In this document: positions 39,128-48,465 of the stretch, piece by piece
Position numbering within the stretch: position 1 is the first letter of the stretch
Layout: each line of letters begins with the position of its first letter
Program-made: the position numbers and the translations under genes
NCBI GenBank assembly: GCA_025999155.1
Contig: AP026679.1
Coordinates: 666,561-730,560 of the forward strand
Reading direction: 5' to 3'
Length of the DNA: 64,000 nucleotides
Source: Candidatus Dojkabacteria bacterium
GTDB lineage: Bacteria > Patescibacteriota > Dojkabacteria > JAOAGR01
The notes under the pieces: generated by a model
What the model saw: the letters and a program-made list of their open reading frames with translations, nothing else
Databases searched by the model: none
What the model was told of the DNA's origin: nothing

Positions 39128-40597
39128 TTGTCAAATACGATCATGCTTGTATCAAAACGTATTCATACAGAAGCTCAGGGTTCTAACACAAGTCTTCCAA
39201 TAGGGAAGCACGTAGCTCTTTCTTTTTTTCTAACCATATTAGGATTTTTTGTGGCTTTTGGGATTTTTCTAATATATCAAGATGATCAGCAAAACAAGTA
39301 CAAGCGTGAATTAATACCTAGAGCTCGTCTTGCCTATTTGCAAAAAGATTATAGTCAAGCTATTCAGTTATTTTCTGAAGCTGATAAAGAATTCCCCGAC
39401 AATCTGGAAGTCAAAAAATCCTTAGCAGATTTGTATTTTTTAAAAGGCTTTTATGGTGATGCAGTGAAGTATTATGCTGCTGCTTATAATTTAGATCGTA
39501 ATTTTACAACACAGGAGATTTCTAATTATGGTGTAGCTCTACTAAAAACTAACAATATAGATGCTCTCGTGGAGTTATGGAGTAATCAGCAACTCAGTCC
39601 GGAAGATTCCTATCGGCTTGCCGAGGTTTATTTGCAGAAAAAGGAGTTCGACAAATATAAATTGGAACTCGAAAAGATCAAAGGCTTTTTTGAACCTTTG
39701 ATAGCATTGCAGGTGTTTAATAAGGATCTAGAGGAAACTTATAATATGCTTAATACTATCGAACACGCTCCTAAGCTTGGTCTTAAAAGCTACAATTTTG
39801 AACTTTTTAAAAATCAAATTATTGAGGCAAAAAAACAGTTTGATCTAGGGAAAATCGAATATTCAGAATTAATTACATTAGCAGCCTTTGCTAATATTGA
39901 ACAGTGCCAATTCATTCAGTTACGGATCGAGAATCTCAAAGAAAAATTAATTAAACAAAATATACCGATATATCAAGTAGAATTCCTTGAAGGAAAATGT
40001 TTAAACCAACTTGGGGATCCTGATGCTGCGATTAACTTAATTAATAAAGCAATTGAAGCTGATAAATCTAATATTGATTATCTCGAAGAATTGGCTAATA
40101 GTTACTTTTTAAAGGGGGATTTAAATACTTTGCATAAGATCTATAACGAAATTTTCTTAATCTCTCGTAATTTCAATGTTCTTAATAACTATGCAGGATT
40201 CGTGTACAAACTTGGAAAAAAATACGATGCCGTGAAATATTATCTTGAGGCGTTTGATGTTGGAGGAACGAGTTTGCAAAAAAAGTCGGTTGCCAGAACT
40301 ATCTTACAAATTCATTTTATTGATCTTAAAGATCTTGAGGTGTGTAATAACGCCAATTTATTAGAAGCTCTCAATGAAGATGATTTTGACGATTATTTCT
40401 TACTGAGTCATTGTAGAATTTATAAAAACATACCTATCAGTGAAGTCACTAGTATAAATCACGAAAATCTAGCATATAAGTACTTGAATGCATTATCTCG
40501 AAAGGATAAGGCAGAAATAGAAAAATTACTAGACCAAGATCCTGATGGTCTTATAACGACCTATTATTTATCAATAGGACAAAAATTATTTGAGTAA
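39128..40597 (+). CDS. Tetratricopeptide-repeat (TPR) protein with an N-terminal membrane anchor
   Basis: 489 aa. TM helix near the N-terminus. Repeated 34-residue TPR-like units, e.g. 'AYLQKDYSQAIQLFSEADKEFPDNLEV', 'LADLYFLKGFYGDAVKYYAAAYNLD', 'LANSYFLKGDLNTLHKIYNE'. Confidence 0.55.
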   Translation: MSNTIMLVSKRIHTEAQGSNTSLPIGKHVALSFFLTILGFFVAFGIFLIYQDDQQNKYKRELIPRARLAYLQKDYSQAIQLFSEADKEFPDNLEVKKSLADLYFLKGFYGDAVKYYAAAYNLDRNFTTQEISNYGVALLKTNNIDALVELWSNQQLSPEDSYRLAEVYLQKKEFDKYKLELEKIKGFFEPLIALQVFNKDLEETYNMLNTIEHAPKLGLKSYNFELFKNQIIEAKKQFDLGKIEYSELITLAAFANIEQCQFIQLRIENLKEKLIKQNIPIYQVEFLEGKCLNQLGDPDAAINLINKAIEADKSNIDYLEELANSYFLKGDLNTLHKIYNEIFLISRNFNVLNNYAGFVYKLGKKYDAVKYYLEAFDVGGTSLQKKSVARTILQIHFIDLKDLEVCNNANLLEALNEDDFDDYFLLSHCRIYKNIPISEVTSINHENLAYKYLNALSRKDKAEIEKLLDQDPDGLITTYYLSIGQKLFE

Positions 40598-41251
40598 CAA
40601 TCTGTTTTTCAATTCATGTAGATCTGTTTTCCACTGGTTAACTTTTTCATCAAACCATTCGATACCTCTAAATTGTAGTTTGTATCTAGCTTTTTGATCG
40701 TGACAACTTCCAAGATAGATATATCTATAGCCTAATGCCTGGAAGTATGTCACAGCAAGTGTCATCATAAACATGCCAAAGTTAGAATTTGCTTTTTGTA
40801 ATTTATAGAACGGGTATGCGTAATGTATTATTCTAGTACCTTCGTATTCCGCTTGTAGACTGATGCAGAAACCATCTGATTCGTTGGAATCGATATATTT
40901 TAACAGTAGATTAAAGTTAAATTGCGTCGTTAATATCTCTTTAATCTTATTTGCACTAAATATATCTTTTCCGAACTTGTTTTCGTAAAACTCTTTTCCG
41001 ATCTTATGGATATGCCAATCATATTCTTGTAAGGGGACAGGTTCAAGAAATAATAAATGATTAAATTTTTTTAAAATACGTTTATTTTCGGAGCTTTGGT
41101 TATACTGACTTAAATCTACTCGAATACTGCGGACCTTTTCCATATGCCCTAAACTTACTCGAGTCATGACAAAACCATTATTGTAGGCATCCAATATAGA
41201 CTTAGAATCGTGGATATCTACATTTTGTGCACCAAAGTTTAAATATTTCAT
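40586..41251 (-). CDS. Arginyl-/leucyl-tRNA--protein transferase (ATE1/Bpt family, ATE_C domain)
   Basis: 221 aa. 'NFGMFMMTLAVTYFQALGYRYIYLGSCHDQKARYKLQFRGIEWF' matches the ATE_C core 'G.YS....I..A..LGL.YYYLGYYIH.C.KMRYKA.F.P.ELL'. Confidence 0.5.
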   Translation of the reverse strand: MKYLNFGAQNVDIHDSKSILDAYNNGFVMTRVSLGHMEKVRSIRVDLSQYNQSSENKRILKKFNHLLFLEPVPLQEYDWHIHKIGKEFYENKFGKDIFSANKIKEILTTQFNFNLLLKYIDSNESDGFCISLQAEYEGTRIIHYAYPFYKLQKANSNFGMFMMTLAVTYFQALGYRYIYLGSCHDQKARYKLQFRGIEWFDEKVNQWKTDLHELKNRLLLK

Positions 41252-41274
41252 ATATTATGCTATGTATATGTTAA

Positions 41275-41916
41275 TTGTATATGAAAAGAATTCTAATTTT
41301 AATCATATTTGGTGTATTGTTGAGTATTTTTCTGTCCCCAATTTTGTTCACATGGGTATATTCAGGTCGTGAAGAAACAGAAGGTGTTAGTATATTCAAA
41401 TTTGTTTCCCTAGCAGGTGATTACAATATTTTCATTGATGATGTTTTTCTTGGTACTGTACAACATCAGAAGGAGAAGGTTTTTACAGGGATTAAACCAG
41501 GTAAACGTATGTTAAGAGTGTATCGGTTGAGCGAAGTAGATAATTTCTACTTTTCATTTGTGCGAGAAGTGAGTTTTATGCCTTTTACTCAAGTCGAGCT
41601 TGAATGGGAGGCAGGGCCGACTTTAGAGTCATCGAATGGTGTCTTGAAGTATTTTACGGAGGCTTTTCATTCTAATAACGCTGAATTATTGATTGATCCG
41701 TTCCCACAGGATGCAACAATATCTATCAATAACATAAGTATTCAAAACAGGTTAGTAGAAATAACTGATACTCAAGAAAAAATAATAAGAGTGAGTCATA
41801 GTGACAGATATGTTCCAAAGGATGTCAAGATTTTATTGATCAATCCGAATACAAATGCTGTTCCACAAAATGTAAGGCTGAATATAGAAGTGTATCTTTA
41901 TAAACGACCGATCTGA
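41275..41916 (+). CDS. Hypothetical membrane-anchored protein (beta-rich, PEGA-like C-terminal segment)
   Basis: 213 aa with an N-terminal TM. 'DATISINNISIQNRLVEITDTQEKIIRV' is PEGA-like. Low confidence. Confidence 0.3.
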   Translation: MYMKRILILIIFGVLLSIFLSPILFTWVYSGREETEGVSIFKFVSLAGDYNIFIDDVFLGTVQHQKEKVFTGIKPGKRMLRVYRLSEVDNFYFSFVREVSFMPFTQVELEWEAGPTLESSNGVLKYFTEAFHSNNAELLIDPFPQDATISINNISIQNRLVEITDTQEKIIRVSHSDRYVPKDVKILLINPNTNAVPQNVRLNIEVYLYKRPI

Positions 41917-41974
41917 GACCTTCTTGCAAGAAGATTAACATTTGACCGATTATCAAGTATATTAGTCTAAGTAA

Positions 41975-43717
41975 ATGTTAGTGGGTACTCCGACAATTCT
42001 AATAATTAATGGTGCAAGGACCTTAGGCTCGGCTTTGGTGCAGGTGCTGATCCAGAATGGTGCAAAAACAGTCGTTGTAGATAACTTTAATGAGAACACT
42101 GTAAGATTTATTAAAAGGTTTTCGGGAATACCTAATTTTACGTTTATAGATAGGTCAAAAATCGAGTCAATTAATGAGACCTTTAGGGATATAAAATATG
42201 TAATATATTTAGCAAATGACTTTAATCAAGAAGATAATGAGGTATCGAGTAAGCTTTTTCTCTTAGAAACTAAGTTTATAGACTACGTGCTAACTTTAGC
42301 TTTAGAGAAGAAAAGCCATTTTATTCTGGTGACTAGCATGCATCTACATAAAGATTTTATTCTGAAAAGGAATCATATTCGTAATGAGCATGTTGCATAT
42401 ACTGAATCAGACTTACAGAATTATTGTGAAAGAATAGTGTTAGAGTATTATCATAAAGTCGGTTTAAAGGCTAGAATCGCTCGACTCGCTACAGTTTATG
42501 GCCCCGAGATGGACTTAGACCAAGACATTGTCTTAAAGTCCTTGTTATTTGACGCTTTTAATAATAATCACATTCGAATTAAAGGAGATGGTTTAGAGTA
42601 TAAATACTATATATATGTTTCTGATGCTGTGAGAGGTATTTTGTATGCATTATTCACACCAAATGTGACAGGACAAATCTTCTCGATTGCAAATCCTGAG
42701 GAAATTTCGGTTTTGTCACTAGCTCATAAGATATTAAGTTGTAATGTGCAGGCTAAATCAATTAAATTTATTGCTACAGGTCAAGAATCGGAGCCACTAT
42801 ATGAACATGCCTATATTCCTGACCCGAATTTGAGTGAAATAGGTTGGAAGCCTCTAGTGCCTTTTGAGAAAGGTTTGGTGGAGCTAATCGAGTTTTACCG
42901 GCCAGCGTTTACTCAATATAATAAAGATAACGAACAATTAGACTCCTGGTATAAGGGTAATTCTTGGATTTCTGATCTCAAGATGAATTTAGATTTTAAT
43001 GATACTTTGAATCTTGCAGATAGCATATACGGCTATGAAATTGATAAGAAATATGTGCATCGAGATATTGATAGACATTTAAGACAACCCTTAGAGATGT
43101 CAGAACCTCCAATTTATCGTAATCGTAATGATGTGGCTTCAACGGCTAGTATCGAAGAACAATCGAAATACAGCCCATCTGGAATTGTGCAATTTGCGAT
43201 CAAACTTATTTGTATTATTTCTGTCATAGCCTTTTTTATTATTCCCCTAGTCAGAGTGGGTTTAATATATTATCGATTAGAAGGCATCTTGGACAAATTC
43301 GCAATGAATTCATCTAATTACAAGGAGTCCATACTAGAAGATCGGTTTAGTGAAGATTTCGATCAGAGTTTAAATACGGTTCGTTGGGCCTTATCAATGA
43401 CGGGCTATGAAAAAGACAATCAAAAAATAATTACAGGTTTGCGAGGGATTGAAGATGCTATTATGCTTTATAATAAGATCCGGCAGGACGATTTGTATAA
43501 TCTACTGAACTCGATAGGATACGTTTCTGAGAATGAGTATCTGCAATTGAAGGATATTTCGCAGCGTTCTACAGAAGCTTTAGATAAAATCAAAAATCTT
43601 GATAGTGTTCCCTTGCCTGATTCCTTAAAGACACGTATAAATATGATCAAAAGCTGGTTAGAAAGCAATATTACCTTAGCAAATGCAAAAATAGAAGCAA
43701 GGAATGACTTGTACTAA
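41975..43717 (+). CDS. NAD-dependent epimerase/dehydratase (extended SDR) domain fused to a TM helix and a ~180-aa C-terminal domain of unknown function
   Basis: 580 aa. N-terminal Rossmann 'ILIINGARTLGSALVQVLIQNGAKTVVVDNF', catalytic-type 'YTESDLQNYCERIV', a hydrophobic helix 'IVQFAIKLICIISVIAFFIIPLV' near residue 400, then a hydrophilic helical C-terminal region. Confidence 0.5.
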   Translation: MLVGTPTILIINGARTLGSALVQVLIQNGAKTVVVDNFNENTVRFIKRFSGIPNFTFIDRSKIESINETFRDIKYVIYLANDFNQEDNEVSSKLFLLETKFIDYVLTLALEKKSHFILVTSMHLHKDFILKRNHIRNEHVAYTESDLQNYCERIVLEYYHKVGLKARIARLATVYGPEMDLDQDIVLKSLLFDAFNNNHIRIKGDGLEYKYYIYVSDAVRGILYALFTPNVTGQIFSIANPEEISVLSLAHKILSCNVQAKSIKFIATGQESEPLYEHAYIPDPNLSEIGWKPLVPFEKGLVELIEFYRPAFTQYNKDNEQLDSWYKGNSWISDLKMNLDFNDTLNLADSIYGYEIDKKYVHRDIDRHLRQPLEMSEPPIYRNRNDVASTASIEEQSKYSPSGIVQFAIKLICIISVIAFFIIPLVRVGLIYYRLEGILDKFAMNSSNYKESILEDRFSEDFDQSLNTVRWALSMTGYEKDNQKIITGLRGIEDAIMLYNKIRQDDLYNLLNSIGYVSENEYLQLKDISQRSTEALDKIKNLDSVPLPDSLKTRINMIKSWLESNITLANAKIEARNDLY

Positions 43718-43756
43718 ATATATTTACAAACATAGTATATAATTGTATCTTTTTTC

Positions 43757-45466
43757 GTGTCGATAAACGCGTTTGTTGAATTTAGTGTAATTTTAACAGT
43801 AGCAGCATTATTAGGATCGATAGCAGTAAAGTTTAAGCAGCCACCTATACTTGGCTATATTTTAGCAGGTTTGTTATTAGGACCTCTGACAAGCTATTTT
43901 GATCCGAGAAGTGATTTAATAGAATTACTTGCTAGTATTGGTGTTACTTTCCTATTATTTACATTAGGACTTGAGTTAAATTTTTCAGAATTAAAACACG
44001 TAGGAAAAGTAGCTTTTGTGACTGGTATTGGGCAAATAGTTTTTACTTCTGTTATAGGTTATATTATTGCAATTTGGTTGGGCTTTTCTTCAATAGCGTC
44101 TTTTTTCATAGCGATTGGTCTGACTTTTAGTTCTACAATCATTATTGTCAAATTATTAGCAGCAAAAAATCAGCTAGATACCTTATATGGTCGAATTAGT
44201 GTAGGTTTTCTTTTGGTTCAGGATTTCATTGCGATATTAATTTTGATAGGAATTTCTGCAATTAAAAACGTTGACGCGTCATCGATAGTCAATGTTGGTG
44301 TTAGTTTATTTTTAGCTTTAGTGAAAGCTATAATCGTTTTGGCTATAGCTTTTGTACTTACAAGATATCTTTTAAATCCTTTATTAGATTCTTTAAAGAA
44401 TGAAAAAGAAGTAATTTTTTTAATAACACTTGCTTGGGCGTTATTTTTAGCTGCTGTATATAATTCTGAGCACATTGGTTTTACTAAAGAAGTTGGAGGT
44501 TTAATTGCAGGAATTTTATTATCAAATAGATTTGAGCAACTACAATTAGAAAGTTGGACAAGACCATTACGCGATTTTTTTCTTGCATTGTTTTTCGTTT
44601 TATTAGGAGCAAATATTCATGTGTCATCATTATCTGATGCGTTACTACCCACTATAATCTTTTCTATATTTGTTTTAATAGGGAATCCGCTTATTGTTAT
44701 GATATTAATGGGATGGTTAGGTTATACGAAGAAAACCAGCTTTCTGACAAGTCTTGCCGTTGCTCAGATATCGGAGTTTAGTTTGATTCTCGTCGGTTAT
44801 GCTTATACCTCGTTAGGTGTCGTTGATAATGTGACTTTGGCTATAATGGCACTTGTAGGTGGTATAACAATGACGCTTTCTTCATATATGATCTATTACA
44901 ATGAGAAATTGTATTCGGTTTTATCAAAATACTTAGGACTTTTTGAATTTAAAAAAACACTCATATCAGCAGATAGCGATTTGAAAAATACAAATTTATC
45001 AAAGAAAATAGTACTTTTTGGATGTCATAGAATGGGACGTCATTTTCTTCTAAACCTTGACCATCATAAAAGCGACATTTTAATTGTTGATATTGATCCT
45101 CAAAATGTTCACGAATTAAAAGAAATGGGTTATGACGTGATTTACGCTGATATGTCAGACAGCATGATGTACCCTTTTTTTCATTTGGATAATGCTGAAA
45201 TTGTCATTTCTACAGTACCAAGTATAAAAGAAAATCTAAAGCTTTTGGACTTCATAAGGGATTTACAGAATAAACCTATAATAATAGTTACCGCAAATAA
45301 TAATCATGATGTTGTTAAATTGTATGATGCCGGAGCAGATTTTGTAGTGTATCCGCATTTAGTTAGCAGTGAGTTATTGGCTAAAATTGCGAAAAAAGGT
45401 AAGCTCGATAAGAAACTTGTAAAGTCTAGAACAATGCATATGGAAAAATTATCAAAGATTGTCTAG
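43757..45466 (+). CDS. CPA2-family cation:proton antiporter (KefB/KefC-like) with a C-terminal RCK/TrkA-N domain
   Basis: 569 aa. ~12 TM helices (Na_H_exchanger fold). C-terminal Rossmann 'IVLFGCHRMGRHF....DILIVDIDPQNVHELKEMGYDVIYAD'. Confidence 0.8.
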   Translation: MSINAFVEFSVILTVAALLGSIAVKFKQPPILGYILAGLLLGPLTSYFDPRSDLIELLASIGVTFLLFTLGLELNFSELKHVGKVAFVTGIGQIVFTSVIGYIIAIWLGFSSIASFFIAIGLTFSSTIIIVKLLAAKNQLDTLYGRISVGFLLVQDFIAILILIGISAIKNVDASSIVNVGVSLFLALVKAIIVLAIAFVLTRYLLNPLLDSLKNEKEVIFLITLAWALFLAAVYNSEHIGFTKEVGGLIAGILLSNRFEQLQLESWTRPLRDFFLALFFVLLGANIHVSSLSDALLPTIIFSIFVLIGNPLIVMILMGWLGYTKKTSFLTSLAVAQISEFSLILVGYAYTSLGVVDNVTLAIMALVGGITMTLSSYMIYYNEKLYSVLSKYLGLFEFKKTLISADSDLKNTNLSKKIVLFGCHRMGRHFLLNLDHHKSDILIVDIDPQNVHELKEMGYDVIYADMSDSMMYPFFHLDNAEIVISTVPSIKENLKLLDFIRDLQNKPIIIVTANNNHDVVKLYDAGADFVVYPHLVSSELLAKIAKKGKLDKKLVKSRTMHMEKLSKIV

Positions 45467-45982
45467 ATACTCTTGTAATAAAATTCTAGCACTTTCACTG
45501 TCGACATTCTTTGTTATGTTTTTTTTGGATATATTCATACTTTTAAGGTTGTGGATAGCTATTTGTGATGTTAAAGTCTCATCTACATATTCTATTGGGC
45601 AGAATATTTTTTTTGACACAAGAAATTTATTAAATGATTCAAAAAAACGACGTATAACCTTGGCTTGTCTACCTTCGGTAATTTGTTTTGTTTGGGGATC
45701 AATAATTTTAGGAATCCCTACAATTATTTTTTCTGGGTAATAATAGTTTATGTAATGAAGCATTTTATTGAAGAGTTTTTGTTTTTCTAATTTAGCTGTG
45801 GATCGGAAAGACCGAGTAGTTTGTGTTGTTGTGTTGCTAACCTGAATATTTTTTTTGTTACGATTTGGCGATTTTGATGGTATATTGTTACTAATGTATT
45901 TTAAAGCAATTGCGTACCTTTGAGTTTCATTACTCACTGCCACTCCTATTCTTTTTTCACCATAATCAAATGCGATTATCAT
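45452..45982 (-). CDS. ruvX: Putative pre-16S rRNA nuclease / Holliday-junction resolvase-like YqgF (RuvX) with a low-complexity insertion
   Basis: 176 aa. 'MIIAFDYGEKRIGVAVSN' N-terminus and 'KIIVGIPK......T.EG.QA' and 'E.VDETLTS..A' YqgF motifs. Contains an S/T/K/N-rich insertion. Confidence 0.65.
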   Translation of the reverse strand: MIIAFDYGEKRIGVAVSNETQRYAIALKYISNNIPSKSPNRNKKNIQVSNTTTQTTRSFRSTAKLEKQKLFNKMLHYINYYYPEKIIVGIPKIIDPQTKQITEGRQAKVIRRFFESFNKFLVSKKIFCPIEYVDETLTSQIAIHNLKSMNISKKNITKNVDSESARILLQEYLDNL

Positions 45983-45990
45983 ATCTATAA

Positions 45991-47796
45991 TTATATCTTT
46001 CTCAGTTTTCGCGCTAGATTTTCGGCTTCATTTAATAAATCCTCAACTTCGGTAAGTCCTTCGTCCCAGAATCGTTTATCGGATATATCTATCCCTATAT
46101 CATTAAATATTGCTTTTGGTGATTTTGAAGACCCAGCAGATAAAAACGCTTTAACTTTATTTATTTCTTTTGGATTGTTTTTCACACGGCGTTGTAGAGC
46201 CTTAGAAATTAAGCGTCCAATTGCGTATGAGTAGTATTTGTAAACATAAAAATAATACCCTTTGAGCCAGTATAACCACCAATTCTGACTATACTTATCA
46301 AACAAAACAGCATCTCCCATATAATCTCGCATGTTTTTGACAAACAGTTCTCCTATTCTTTGAGAAGACAGGTAACCTTCTTTTCTAAATGCGTTATGTA
46401 AATCTTGTTCAAGTGTGTAGTATGCGACTCGTGGGAATATCGTACTAATTTCATCGTTTAGTTTGGACATTATAATAGCGAGGCGTTCTTCATTATTTGC
46501 TTCTTTTAATATAGCTGGGAATACGAAATCTTCCATGAATGTACTTGCCACTTCAGAAGTCGAAGTAGGAGTTTCAAAAATTAAAGCATTTTGTGTTTTT
46601 TTGCTTAACTCATTATGAATTCCGTGACCTAACTCATGAGCAAATGTAAGAACATCGTTTAATCTGTTGTTATGGTTCAAAAGTATGTATGTAGGATCAT
46701 TTAAAAGATTGTGCACGCAGAAAGCCCCGTAATTTTTGTCTTTTTTTGGGTATACGTCAATCTGACCGTTCTGATTGTACATTTCCAAGATATCACCAAA
46801 CTCTTCATCAAGGTTCTGTAGTACATTCTTAACAAGAGTAAAGGATTGTTCATATGTGTATTTAGTCTCTTTAGATCCGTACTCTACGTTACATTCGGCA
46901 AAAGTAATTTTTTCCACTCCTAGTAACCTTGCTTTTAGTTCATAGTAACGCCGAGATATGTAATATTTGCGACGGACTGATTCAAGTAGTGTGTCAATAA
47001 CGTCGGTTTCTATGTCACCAGCAAGGAGTCTACCTCTGTCGGGACGGTCAAAACCTCTTAGTTCATCATTAATTTTTGCATACTGGAGTATAGCGTTTAC
47101 TACCCTTTCAGCAATATCGACGTATTTTTGCTGAATTTTATTAAGAGCCTTAGCAGCTGACTCTCTGGTAGCTTTGTCATTATCTGATAGTAAGATTACT
47201 ATTTGAGACAGTGGTAGCTTCCTTTTGCCATCCGTTGTTACAACATAACGCTCTTCTTGGTCTAAGAGAGCCTCCATCATATCAACCCAATCGAAGTAGC
47301 TAGATTTCTTAAATAGATTAATAATCTGTTCTTCTTTTTCGGACAGTATATAATCTGCCTGAGTAAATAACTTCTCAAGGTAGTGCTTATAAGGTTTTAG
47401 CGTTTCTGATTGTAAAAATTCATTCCGTTTATCTTTAGGAATTTTGCTTATCGATAATTGAAAAAACACTAAAGCGTCACGTTGATCTTCGTTGATAACC
47501 TTATTTTCTAATGCTTTGAGCGTGGGATTGCTCCGATCTAAAGCCCTGCTAAGTAGCACAAAATAATTAGCCTTTCCTGCTGTGCCATAGTATCGCATTA
47601 ATTTTTCATAATCATCTAATGCTACTCTAAGAATATGAGGATTCTCTAGATAATCAGATCGATTTTTCCACTTTTCTACAAACGCATTTACGTTCTCAGA
47701 GACTTCTTTTAGGTGAGTTAATATATTGTTTTCGTCAATATCTTTAAATAGGTGTGATAAATCCCACTGTGTGCGAATTTGAATTTGTTGATGCAT
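45991..47796 (-). CDS. pepF: Oligoendopeptidase F (M3B family zinc metallopeptidase), copy 1
   Basis: 601 aa. 'AHELGHGIHNELSKK' HExxH. M3-type N-terminal helical domain. About 70% identical to the 48466..50277 protein. Confidence 0.85.
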   Translation of the reverse strand: MHQQIQIRTQWDLSHLFKDIDENNILTHLKEVSENVNAFVEKWKNRSDYLENPHILRVALDDYEKLMRYYGTAGKANYFVLLSRALDRSNPTLKALENKVINEDQRDALVFFQLSISKIPKDKRNEFLQSETLKPYKHYLEKLFTQADYILSEKEEQIINLFKKSSYFDWVDMMEALLDQEERYVVTTDGKRKLPLSQIVILLSDNDKATRESAAKALNKIQQKYVDIAERVVNAILQYAKINDELRGFDRPDRGRLLAGDIETDVIDTLLESVRRKYYISRRYYELKARLLGVEKITFAECNVEYGSKETKYTYEQSFTLVKNVLQNLDEEFGDILEMYNQNGQIDVYPKKDKNYGAFCVHNLLNDPTYILLNHNNRLNDVLTFAHELGHGIHNELSKKTQNALIFETPTSTSEVASTFMEDFVFPAILKEANNEERLAIIMSKLNDEISTIFPRVAYYTLEQDLHNAFRKEGYLSSQRIGELFVKNMRDYMGDAVLFDKYSQNWWLYWLKGYYFYVYKYYSYAIGRLISKALQRRVKNNPKEINKVKAFLSAGSSKSPKAIFNDIGIDISDKRFWDEGLTEVEDLLNEAENLARKLRKI

Positions 47797-47967
47797 ACTT
47801 TTTCTAGTCTAACATGTTAATTGTTATATTAACAACATCTGTATTGACATTATGACATTAGAAACTATTATTTAGCTTACTTGTTATTTACATGCAATAA
47901 AGTAAACGATTTTTGGTTCATGTAAGTTCTGATTTTTTGTACAGCATTTATAAAATTGCTTCGATGC

Positions 47968-48456
47968 TTATATGAGTACATCTTTTATTATGTTTTTTCT
48001 GGATAGATTCATACTTTTAATATCGCGGATAGCTATTTCTGATGTTAAAGTTTCATCCACGTATTCTATTGGACAGTTTACGCTTTTTGATAAAAGAAAT
48101 TTGTGAAATAAGTTAAAAAATCTGCGTATCGTTTTTGCTTGTCTACCTTCAGTGATTTGTCCTGTGCGAATATCCCAGACTTTAGGTATTCCTATAATAA
48201 TTTTTTCCGGATAGTAATAGTTGATATAGTAAAGCATTCTATTGAGTAACTTCTGTCTTTCTATTCTTATTTGAGCTCTCAGGGATTATGTAATTTGTGC
48301 TGTTGTGCTACCACCTTGAAACTTTCTTACGCTATACTCTTTAGACGTTACTAGTATCTTGTTGGACATGTATTTTAAAACAATCGCATATTTACCTGTT
48401 TAATCACTTCCCGCTACACCCATTTTCCTTTCACCATAGTCAAATGCTATTATCAT
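47968..48456 (-). pseudogene. Degraded second copy of ruvX/yqgF (premature stop after ~20 codons; C-terminal half retained as a separate ORF)
   Basis: Minus-strand reading from 48456 gives 'MIIAFDYGERKMGVAGSD*' (TAA). The ORF 47968..48237 encodes the YqgF C-terminal half ('IIGIPK...EGRQAKTIRRF...EYVDETLTSEIA'). It occupies the same position relative to pepF copy 2 as the intact ruvX does relative to pepF copy 1. Confidence 0.55.
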
Positions 48457-48465
48457 TATTTATGT

